Positions 29,527-37,414 of a stretch of DNA of 64,000 bases are shown here, piece by piece. The DNA comes from a virus: IMG/VR virus record IMGVR_UViG_3300016476_001289; one strand, written 5' to 3'. The notes beneath the pieces were generated by a model. That model did no database searches, was not told the DNA's origin, and was given only the letters and a program-made list of their open reading frames with translations. The translations under genes were made by a program, and so were the position numbers. Position 1 is the first letter of the stretch; each line of letters opens with the position of its first letter.

Positions 29527-29931
29527 ATGATTAACTCAAAAATCGCTTCTTTAGAAGCAAGATTATCTAGACTCGAAGGCAAATTACAAAGAAGAATTGC
29601 TTCATCTTTCCCAACGAGAGAAGAATTTATAGAACTATTAGAGAGAAATTCTAGAGGTTGGTTCTCTAATTGGACTTGGATGGAAGGATTTAGTGATGGA
29701 CTACCCACAGAATATAAAAAGAGTATAGTTATGGGAGTACCTTCAAATAATGAAAGATTGTCGGTTACTCTTCTTTTTACTGAAGCTTTTGCTAAAGGCA
29801 CAATAACAATTAGAATTACCACCTTAAATGCAGATTTTAAAAAGAACCTTAAAACAGTACAATATAATTTAGATGATTTTTATACAACAGATGTAAATCA
29901 TCTTCTTGACACAATAAAAAGCATGATGTAA
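29527..29931 (+). CDS. KIASLE-leader family protein
   Basis: MINSKIASLEARLSRLEGKLQRRIAS. AGGAG RBS. Confidence 0.85.
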   Translation: MINSKIASLEARLSRLEGKLQRRIASSFPTREEFIELLERNSRGWFSNWTWMEGFSDGLPTEYKKSIVMGVPSNNERLSVTLLFTEAFAKGTITIRITTLNADFKKNLKTVQYNLDDFYTTDVNHLLDTIKSMM

Positions 29932-29937
29932 TTTGTC

Positions 29938-29965
29938 TTTACTCTATTTAAATTTATAGAGTAAA
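29938..29965. terminator. Hairpin, probable terminator
   Basis: TTTACTCTAT-N8-ATAGAGTAAA perfect 10-bp stem just after the stop. Confidence 0.45.
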
Positions 29966-30003
29966 ATGGTGATTTCCTGTATAATATTTTCAGAAGACTT
30001 TCT

Positions 30004-30360
30004 ATGTTTAAAACTACTCAAATAAATGATTTTATCATCACCGATTTTATAGACGATTCTCAATATAAATATGTTTTAGGCGACTTACACGATTTAGATT
30101 GGGAAATGTCTTTATCAGGTGCTTGGTTTCAAGCTATTCTATTTTGTAATAAGTTAAGTGAAATTTATAATTTACCTTATGCTTATCTTGTATTTAAAGA
30201 TGAAAAAGGTAATTTGGAAGCTGAAGATACAGGTAAAAATGGAATAAGACTACCAAGTCCAAAACTTCAAATCTCTTTATATGAAGATGAATTAACTGAA
30301 GAGAATGATAAAGGTAATAGATTTAGGGTGTGGATGTATTCTTCTCAACCCAGTAATTAG
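30004..30360 (+). CDS. Reduced FGE-sulfatase (SUMF1)-like domain protein
   Basis: WFQAILFCNKLS...LPYAY...NGIRLPS resembles the WxxAxxFCNxLS..GYRLPT core. Confidence 0.55.
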   Translation: MFKTTQINDFIITDFIDDSQYKYVLGDLHDLDWEMSLSGAWFQAILFCNKLSEIYNLPYAYLVFKDEKGNLEAEDTGKNGIRLPSPKLQISLYEDELTEENDKGNRFRVWMYSSQPSN

Positions 30361-30775
30361 CACCTCTTCTAGCAGAATCTTTATTTTTATATCCCACCAT
30401 AGTTGCTATTTCTGACCATTTAAGTCCTTTTTCTCTTAATTCAAAAGCAACTCTTCCTCTACTTTTTCTTGTATTTTCTATTTCTATTCCTGTTCTATCT
30501 CTATATTTATAAAAGTTATCTCTAAGAGTTCTAATGGGCATACCTAATAATCTTGCTATATCTTTATGAGTCATACCAAGTTTTGCGAGGGTGTTCGCAT
30601 ACTCTATCATTTTGCTATTATTTGGCTTATTTAGGTTATTTAAAACTTCCCATTTGTATGCTTTTCGCCTAGCATTTCTATCACTGATGCCTAAAACTTC
30701 ACCTACTTCGATCCATTTCATACCTTGAGATTTTAACTCATAAGCTAATTTCCACCCTTCATAATCAGCTTTCAT
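30323..30775 (-). CDS. Protein with three tandem helix-turn-helix units
   Basis: GMKWIEVGEVLG / GMTHKDIARLLG / GLKWSEIATMVG. Confidence 0.75.
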   Translation of the reverse strand: MKADYEGWKLAYELKSQGMKWIEVGEVLGISDRNARRKAYKWEVLNNLNKPNNSKMIEYANTLAKLGMTHKDIARLLGMPIRTLRDNFYKYRDRTGIEIENTRKSRGRVAFELREKGLKWSEIATMVGYKNKDSARRGANYWVEKNTSTP

Positions 30776-31062
30776 TTCTCAATCCCCTTTATAGCTTCAT
30801 ATATGTTTCTATATGTTTCTGTATTCTCACCACACTCAACGACAACTTTTTTAATTGCCTGTCCCTTATAATCAAAAGTCATGTTATATAAAGTATAACC
30901 TATATTAAAATCTACTTTTATGATTTCAATGTTAGGTGGTTTTATTTCACTTTCTGATTTAAGGATATTAGCACCAAGTTGGGTTTTTAAAATGCGAGGT
31001 ATAGCATTTTTATGGCTATATACACCTATGTTGTAAGGTATATTAATATTATTGACTTTCAT
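30772..31062 (-). CDS. Hypothetical protein
   Basis: 96-aa ORF coupled (ATGA) to the HTH gene. Confidence 0.55.
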   Translation of the reverse strand: MKVNNINIPYNIGVYSHKNAIPRILKTQLGANILKSESEIKPPNIEIIKVDFNIGYTLYNMTFDYKGQAIKKVVVECGENTETYRNIYEAIKGIEK

Positions 31063-31076
31063 ATCTACACTTCCTT

Positions 31077-31427
31077 GTGAGATTTACGATGAATATGAGT
31101 GAACAAAAAAAACTTTTTGAACATATCTTTAATACCACAGAGGGTATTACATTACTAGATGTTGTTGTATTACCTAGTGTTTTATCAGGTGACACGACCC
31201 ATCAAATTAGAGTTGAGTATAAAAACCCTAAAGGACTAACCGTATTAAATGTGAATATAGATGAGATACTTATTAAAGAAGTAATTATAAGAGTCCATCA
31301 AGGTGGTAGATTACCTTATGGTGAATATACTAAAGGCAAAGTTATAACAAAACTAGGTGATTTTAGAGGTAAGAAAATTAAAACAGATGTGATAGACAAG
31401 TTAGCTTATGAGTGTTCTTATACTTAA
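31077..31427 (+). CDS. Hypothetical protein (start uncertain)
   Basis: ORF with several possible starts, first of a + strand run. Confidence 0.5.
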   Translation: MRFTMNMSEQKKLFEHIFNTTEGITLLDVVVLPSVLSGDTTHQIRVEYKNPKGLTVLNVNIDEILIKEVIIRVHQGGRLPYGEYTKGKVITKLGDFRGKKIKTDVIDKLAYECSYT

Positions 31428-31472
31428 TTTATAGAAAAAGATAGGTGAACTATAAAATGAGTGAACTTGTAA

Positions 31473-31808
31473 ATGAAAAGATTTGCTAGACTAGAAAATC
31501 GTATATCTCAAATAAAGTACGACACTTTATTCTATTACTTAAAATTAAAATTAGATACAGGCATTCTTGTGTTGGAAGATTTAACTACACATGAGAATTC
31601 TTTATATATGAGATATGGTTATGATAAAATATGTCTGTATATTTACATAGAAAATTCTAGTAATGTCGTAGGGTATATAGATATATATATGAAGTATCAA
31701 CCTGATAATTTAAAAAGTGCTTTTCCCATATCTTTACCTATATCTAATATAGATGGGATAGCTAAGGTGATAGCAACTAAAATAAACAAGTATTTAGAAA
31801 CTCACTAA
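31473..31808 (+). CDS. Degenerate-leader family protein, cargo paralogous to 31856 ORF
   Basis: MKRFARLENRI. SLY..Y, LY..I.NS....G..DI and SLP...I..I...I..K.N.Y are shared with the next ORF. Confidence 0.65.
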   Translation: MKRFARLENRISQIKYDTLFYYLKLKLDTGILVLEDLTTHENSLYMRYGYDKICLYIYIENSSNVVGYIDIYMKYQPDNLKSAFPISLPISNIDGIAKVIATKINKYLETH

Positions 31809-31855
31809 TTAGTTTATATACATATTGTTAGAAGTACATATAGGAGAGATATAAA

Positions 31856-32305
31856 ATGATTCGTAATAAAATTGCTTCTCTTGAAGCTCGTTTAGCTAGA
31901 CTTGAAAATAAGTTAGCAGCTAAACAAGTTGACTATAACTTATGGCAACTTTACGAAAAGCTAGTAAGAGAACTAGAAACTGAAGGCTATTATACTGATA
32001 GAGATTCTTTCACTTTTGAAAGTATCGCTTCACCTGATGGTTCTTTATATGTTCAATATAAAGGTAATAATGTTGTTGCTTATGATAATGAAGATGCTCC
32101 TTATGGTGAATATGGAGATGCCTTATTATATGTAAATATCAAAAACTCTATGAGAAGTCCAGGTTTTGTAGATATTAGTATTGCCCCAAGTCTTCGTGAT
32201 TTATCCCACACTCGAATGGTCTCTAGTCTTCCATCAACGGATATAGTTAAGATCAGTCAATTCATCCAAAATAAAATGAACACTTATATTCATTCCCTAT
32301 CTTAA
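31856..32305 (+). CDS. KIASLE-leader family protein
   Basis: MIRNKIASLEARLARLENKLAAK. AGGAG RBS. Confidence 0.85.
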   Translation: MIRNKIASLEARLARLENKLAAKQVDYNLWQLYEKLVRELETEGYYTDRDSFTFESIASPDGSLYVQYKGNNVVAYDNEDAPYGEYGDALLYVNIKNSMRSPGFVDISIAPSLRDLSHTRMVSSLPSTDIVKISQFIQNKMNTYIHSLS

Positions 32306-32320
32306 AAAAGGAGATATCAA

Positions 32321-32860
32321 ATGATTCGTAATAAAATTGCGTCATTAGAAGCTCGTTTAGCTAATTTAGAAGCTAAACTCAGAAAGAAAGCAGCTATAGA
32401 AGTCGATCTATTTCATCTTTTTTTGAAACTACTAAACAAATTACAAGGCTCTTTCAAAGCAGAAGAAGAGTATAATGACCCTAATGCGTATGATGATAGT
32501 GTTTGGGGGACTCCTTATGATAATTATGATCCCACAGTTATCGTAAGATCTACATTTAAAAGAGTATCCGCTGATGATACCTCTTTATATATTGAATATT
32601 CTATGGTAATTGAGGACCCTTTGACTACCTATAGAAGCAAAGGAGAGAAGAGTCCTACTTTATATATCCATATCTTTAAAGAGGGTTTGGATCTAAAAAT
32701 CGAAACAGATTCAGAGCCTATTACCCCTTCTACAAAGAATGTAAAAAAAATATGGGGTCCAAAAACCATACCTTCCAATTTCCAATCCGTTTTAGAAGAG
32801 ATAGAAGAAGATATGAAAGACCTTCTAGAAAAAGAAGATTTTCCTCTTTTAAAAAAATAA
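32321..32860 (+). CDS. KIASLE-leader family protein
   Basis: MIRNKIASLEARLANLEAKLRKKAA. AGGAG RBS. Confidence 0.85.
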   Translation: MIRNKIASLEARLANLEAKLRKKAAIEVDLFHLFLKLLNKLQGSFKAEEEYNDPNAYDDSVWGTPYDNYDPTVIVRSTFKRVSADDTSLYIEYSMVIEDPLTTYRSKGEKSPTLYIHIFKEGLDLKIETDSEPITPSTKNVKKIWGPKTIPSNFQSVLEEIEEDMKDLLEKEDFPLLKK

Positions 32861-32898
32861 TATCTTTCTAACACAACCTAAAAAAAGAGACATTTAAA

Positions 32899-33363
32899 AT
32901 GATTCGTAATAAAATTGCTTCTCTTGAAGCTCGTTTAGCTCAACTTGAAAAAAAAGCAGGTATCTTTCAAAACTATGGACAACTATCACCTTTAAATAAG
33001 ATGATGGTTGATTTACAAGAAGAAGGTAGACAAAGAAAATTAGAGACTTCTTCGGGTAGTGTAGAAGCCAATTACTTTTTATATAAATTATTTGAAAAAG
33101 TAGAGCTTTACTCTAATTATGATCTTGAAACAAAAGCTTCTCGTAATGCCGATGTTTTAATTGCTACACATAGTAGTGATGATACCCAAAACGAAATTAA
33201 AATTTCCTTGAAAATAGATCACTGGGGAAAAGAAGTAGTATCTGTATTTGTTCGCCCTGAAAGAAGACCCTCTTCTTCTTTTGAAGTAAGTATTAATGAC
33301 TCCGATCTTGCTAAAAAAATAGCAAAAACCTTAGACATTAAGCTACAAGAAGTTATGTACTAA
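32899..33363 (+). CDS. KIASLE-leader family protein
   Basis: MIRNKIASLEARLAQLEKKAG. Confidence 0.85.
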   Translation: MIRNKIASLEARLAQLEKKAGIFQNYGQLSPLNKMMVDLQEEGRQRKLETSSGSVEANYFLYKLFEKVELYSNYDLETKASRNADVLIATHSSDDTQNEIKISLKIDHWGKEVVSVFVRPERRPSSSFEVSINDSDLAKKIAKTLDIKLQEVMY

Positions 33364-33364
33364 A

Positions 33365-33446
33365 AACCTATTGTTCAAAAACAGCACTTTTTGAACATTA
33401 CATATAACCTATTGTTCAAAATTGCCACTTTTTGAACATTACATAT
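33365..33446. repeat. Two tandem 41-bp units, each a TGTTCAAAA..TTTTGAACA inverted repeat
   Basis: Directly visible between convergent genes. The units differ only at the loop and inner stem edge. Confidence 0.85.
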
Positions 33447-33789
33447 ATTCTTTCTCTATAAGTCCTATTAAATTATTCAATGTCACACTCACTTCTTTAA
33501 GTTCTGTGTTCCCTATAAACTTAGCTACTGTAAATACTTGATTCTTTACATTTAGAACTTCTTTTAACTCAGGCTTCTTTGTCACTGTTTCTAAGTCTTC
33601 TAATATCGCATTTACAGGTGATAAATAATCTTGTTCATATAATTGATCCATGTGAGCATTAATGTGTGTGATTACATTATTCTTTACAGCATATTGTAAA
33701 GACCAACAATCATCAAAAGACATCATTGAATTTACCATGTCTCTTAAATTAAATAAATGCTCATAGAGTTCTTCATTCTTTAAAGTCAT
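33439..33789 (-). CDS. Hypothetical protein
   Basis: 116-aa ORF with AAAGGA RBS. Confidence 0.6.
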   Translation of the reverse strand: MTLKNEELYEHLFNLRDMVNSMMSFDDCWSLQYAVKNNVITHINAHMDQLYEQDYLSPVNAILEDLETVTKKPELKEVLNVKNQVFTVAKFIGNTELKEVSVTLNNLIGLIEKEYM

Positions 33790-33845
33790 TTTTAATAAAT
33801 CCTTTCTTATAGGTATATAGAAGTATATACATAGGAGTTAAAAAT

Positions 33846-34199
33846 ATGTGGTTCGTTTATGTAATACAATCCCACCAAAAAAGATACAATAAAAAAGGAA
33901 CTAAAGAATTACCAGGTTTCTATTATGTAGGTTGCACTGTTGATCTTAATAGAAGACTTAGGCAACATAATGGTGAAATAGTTGGTGGAGCTAAATTTAC
34001 ATCTCAATATAGACCCTGGTCTCCAAGAGCTGTTTATGGTCCTTATCCAAATAGGTCTATCGCTATGAAAGCAGAAAAAGCTCTTAAATCTAAGAGGGGT
34101 ATATCAAGAACACAATGGACTTTAGAAGATAGTAAATATTGTTGTGGTCCAGGTGTTGAACACGAATGGGTTATTCTTAATAATAAGTCTATAACTTAA
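33846..34199 (+). CDS. GIY-YIG endonuclease, Slx1-like
   Basis: FVY..YVG.T....RRLRQHNG...GGAK.T...RPW....E. Confidence 0.85.
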   Translation: MWFVYVIQSHQKRYNKKGTKELPGFYYVGCTVDLNRRLRQHNGEIVGGAKFTSQYRPWSPRAVYGPYPNRSIAMKAEKALKSKRGISRTQWTLEDSKYCCGPGVEHEWVILNNKSIT

Positions 34200-34228
34200 A
34201 GTTATATATACTTTATATAGGAGTTATA

Positions 34229-34651
34229 ATGAATCACTTAAAAATTGCTAGTCTTGAAGATAGAATTGCAAGACTAGAAAAAAAACTTATGAAAAAATCT
34301 TTCTTCAATACTATGTTGAGTCGTGAATTACAAAGATTCTCAGATGATTTTATGGAAGCTGCTAATTATTCTGGTGGGGATTCTACTATGAAAATCATTA
34401 ACCACCCAAACCAAGAAGATAGTGATTTGGTTTTTGAATATGTTCTTCAACCCGAAGGACATAACCCACTAACTTTCTATATCAAAGTAGATACTCAAGA
34501 AGTCCAAAGAGGATTATATGAAATAATAGTTTCTAGAAGTCCCTACTTTAACAAAATGCCCTTCAATATCCTTTTACCCCTAGATGTAAAGAAATTATAT
34601 ACAAAAGTAATAATGAACTTAGAACATTGGTTTATATCAAGAAAAATTTAA
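34229..34651 (+). CDS. KIASLE-leader family protein
   Basis: MNHLKIASLEDRIARLEKKLMKKS. AGGAG RBS. Confidence 0.85.
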   Translation: MNHLKIASLEDRIARLEKKLMKKSFFNTMLSRELQRFSDDFMEAANYSGGDSTMKIINHPNQEDSDLVFEYVLQPEGHNPLTFYIKVDTQEVQRGLYEIIVSRSPYFNKMPFNILLPLDVKKLYTKVIMNLEHWFISRKI

Positions 34652-35217
34652 ACTGTTTGAAACACCTTAGTATATCTACGACCTAAACCATCTACACTCT
34701 TTAATTTGCCATCATCTACTAAGGGCCATAAATATTTATCATAATAATCTATAGTTCTTCTCCTACCTGAACCATAAATAAAACGATGATATTCTTCTTT
34801 ACTCAAAACTTCTTTGAATAAATCATGTCTTGAAATTGGATTCTTGGCAACTTTCAAAATCCTCTTAATAAGAGGATTCTTGTAATCTACTTCAACAATC
34901 CCTCTTCTAAAATAAATTGTTACATTACCATCGATCTCAAATCTATGCTCTTTGTCTGTAGTTAAGACAACACTAGACTCAGTTACTGTTAAATCCGCAG
35001 GTTCATTCTTTAATAATCTAAATGAACTCATACCAATCCCAGCTTTATCAATAGATAAATATCCTGAAGTATTAGGAATCACTACTTCTACTTCATTATC
35101 TCTTAATTCACATGGTAATAACATTTTAACTTCAAAGTTATTCACTTTAAAAGATGTTCTTCCTTTTAACTTAATTGAAGCCGTTTGAACTTCAAAATTA
35201 TTTGCTTTAATTAGCAT
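34648..35217 (-). CDS. Hypothetical protein, possible C-terminal winged helix
   Basis: AAGGAG RBS. PISRHDL...YLWPLVDDGKL pattern. Confidence 0.55.
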   Translation of the reverse strand: MLIKANNFEVQTASIKLKGRTSFKVNNFEVKMLLPCELRDNEVEVVIPNTSGYLSIDKAGIGMSSFRLLKNEPADLTVTESSVVLTTDKEHRFEIDGNVTIYFRRGIVEVDYKNPLIKRILKVAKNPISRHDLFKEVLSKEEYHRFIYGSGRRRTIDYYDKYLWPLVDDGKLKSVDGLGRRYTKVFQTV

Positions 35218-35232
35218 AACTCAATTCTCCTT

Positions 35233-35760
35233 TTAGTTAGCTTTTCTTAAAAACATGGTCATTGCTTTGAAAAAGTTAATCTCCCTATAATACAGATCGT
35301 CAAATAACTCTCTCGATGTTTTTGTTATATGTTTTCCTATCTCTGTGGATAAAAAATTTTTATATTCTTCTAATTCTTTTTCACTCACCATCTCTATAAA
35401 CGAACCCCTGTCATATTCCACCTTAACATAAGGGTTCTCTATCAACCACTTGTCCTCCTCTTTTTCCCATTCCCACTTCAAATGATCTATTTGTACATAA
35501 CCTTTATCACTTAAAGTTAAAGTTATATAAAAAGGACCTTCTCCTTCTATCTTCATTTCACATCCTTCACACTTCATATTTCCTAAATCTTCTGTGTCAA
35601 ATACCAAAACTTCTAAATGAAGTTTACACACCCCATTCTCATAAGTAATATAGTTATATACATCACTACCTATATACTCATCATATTCTTTTAAGGTCAT
35701 ATACCTATTGAATTTAATAAATTCATGTCTTCTCGAATCTAAAGATATTTTGTTATACAT
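35233..35760 (-). CDS. Hypothetical protein
   Basis: 175-aa ORF with AAGGAG RBS. Confidence 0.6.
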   Translation of the reverse strand: MYNKISLDSRRHEFIKFNRYMTLKEYDEYIGSDVYNYITYENGVCKLHLEVLVFDTEDLGNMKCEGCEMKIEGEGPFYITLTLSDKGYVQIDHLKWEWEKEEDKWLIENPYVKVEYDRGSFIEMVSEKELEEYKNFLSTEIGKHITKTSRELFDDLYYREINFFKAMTMFLRKAN

Positions 35761-35822
35761 TTTTTAATATCTCCTTTCTTGTATATTGTCTTATATTATC
35801 TAAGAAAGGATTTACACTTATT

Positions 35823-36380
35823 ATGCCATCTCCCACACTTATTTCATCGGCTATCTTATCTTCTGCCCCTCTCACAGGCCCAGATTGGATTAAAACTACT
35901 CAAGTCTTAGGTATCTCTATCTCTTCTTGGCTACTATCTTCTGTTAAAGTTAATACTTTTGATACCGGGTCTGCTGGTGTTGGAACTATCACAGGCACTA
36001 TATTTGTCTTACCTAACACTACTATTGTAACTTCTGCTTTTGCTACTAATGGGAATATCGGACCTGATGTTCCTATTATATCTCAAGCTATTGCTACAGG
36101 TCTTTCTACTATCCCTTATACATTCACTGGTGTATCACCTATTGTTTCTAATGGTGCTTCTATTAGTACTTCTATTTTATCCCCCTACCCTACTCTAGTA
36201 TCTATATTAAATTCTACTTTTGCTTCTTTCCAGATGTCCCCTTTACCTACCATTGTAAATAGTTATGCTCTTGGTATATCTAATTTATTTTTAAGTGCAA
36301 CAGGTACAGGATTTATAGTAGGTGCACCTATTGTTCCACCTGCACCTGCTTCTGGTATTTCTGTCTGTAATCTGGTCTAG
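35823..36380 (+). CDS. Putative virion structural protein (small, hydrophobic, Gly/Thr/Ser-rich)
   Basis: Almost no charged residues, repeated A.G[LI] helices. AAAGGA RBS. Confidence 0.5.
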   Translation: MPSPTLISSAILSSAPLTGPDWIKTTQVLGISISSWLLSSVKVNTFDTGSAGVGTITGTIFVLPNTTIVTSAFATNGNIGPDVPIISQAIATGLSTIPYTFTGVSPIVSNGASISTSILSPYPTLVSILNSTFASFQMSPLPTIVNSYALGISNLFLSATGTGFIVGAPIVPPAPASGISVCNLV

Positions 36381-37353
36381 GATACTTATAAAACCACATA
36401 AAAAACTCATGGTAACCCTTAATATCTACTAGAACCCCATCTATATGGTCTTTACCCACTATAACACCTTCCCCCATTATAACTTTCTTAAAAATCGTCC
36501 TATATTCTACTTTATTCTCCTCACTCATAAATACTTTCTTTAACCACCACTTATACATCTCTTTCAATTCTAACTCTAACATATCCACTGACTCAATATA
36601 CTTATCAAATAAACTAAAATTATATGGGGCATATGTTAAAACTTTACTCTCTGAGAAATAACCAAAATCACACTTCCTTGATAAAGTAAATAACTTATCC
36701 TTATCTCCTACCTTATCTATCCCTTGCCCTAATAAAAACTTCTTAAAACTCTCTGCCCTATCCACAATAAAGTTTAAACTTTCTATCTTACTTAACTTAT
36801 CTCCCAATACTACTTCTTCCCTATACTTAAAGATATACTTCTTGTTATCATACCCTTGTCTATAATCATTAATCATTTCTATCAAATCCATAAAGTCTTC
36901 TCTATCTAACTCAAAAACAAAATAGAGATACTTCTTAATCACTAGAATTAACTCTCGATATAAGATACCTTCTTTCTTAAACATATCTGATGGTGCTACA
37001 CCCCAATCTATATCTGTTTTCATCAATAAGGGTAAAAAGATCGTAGTAGGAAATAACACATAAGTGTTTCTCTCTACTACGAGAACTAAATCAGGCACAG
37101 AATCAAATCTCTTTAAGTAATATAGCACTTGTTGTAATACAGAGGCTATATTCTCTCTGTTTAAGAGAGAACACTCAGATTTAGCTTCGATAAGAATTTT
37201 ATATCCATCAGATAAAGTTAAGACACCATCACATTGATGTGGTTTAGACCATTCACCACCTAAATGTTCCCTAAGTTCATTTCTATATACAGTCTCAATA
37301 AGAGACTCATTGCCTAAAGCTGACTCAATCTGCTTAATCATTTGTTTGTTCAT
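36328..37353 (-). CDS. PD-(D/E)XK nuclease domain protein (restriction-enzyme-like N-terminus)
   Basis: E...CDGV....LIEAK....Q...Y motif. GAGG RBS. Confidence 0.65.
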   Translation of the reverse strand: MNKQMIKQIESALGNESLIETVYRNELREHLGGEWSKPHQCDGVLTLSDGYKILIEAKSECSLLNRENIASVLQQVLYYLKRFDSVPDLVLVVERNTYVLFPTTIFLPLLMKTDIDWGVAPSDMFKKEGILYRELILVIKKYLYFVFELDREDFMDLIEMINDYRQGYDNKKYIFKYREEVVLGDKLSKIESLNFIVDRAESFKKFLLGQGIDKVGDKDKLFTLSRKCDFGYFSESKVLTYAPYNFSLFDKYIESVDMLELELKEMYKWWLKKVFMSEENKVEYRTIFKKVIMGEGVIVGKDHIDGVLVDIKGYHEFFMWFYKYPRPDYRQKYQKQVQVEQ

Positions 37354-37414
37354 TATATTTACCTCTTATGGTATAGTGGGACTAATCTTATTATATTAAA
37401 GGGAGATTCTTATT

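Noticed and set aside
33365-33446. Mini-CRISPR from palindromic repeats
   Set aside because: Only two abutting units with no spacer-length unique sequence between them.
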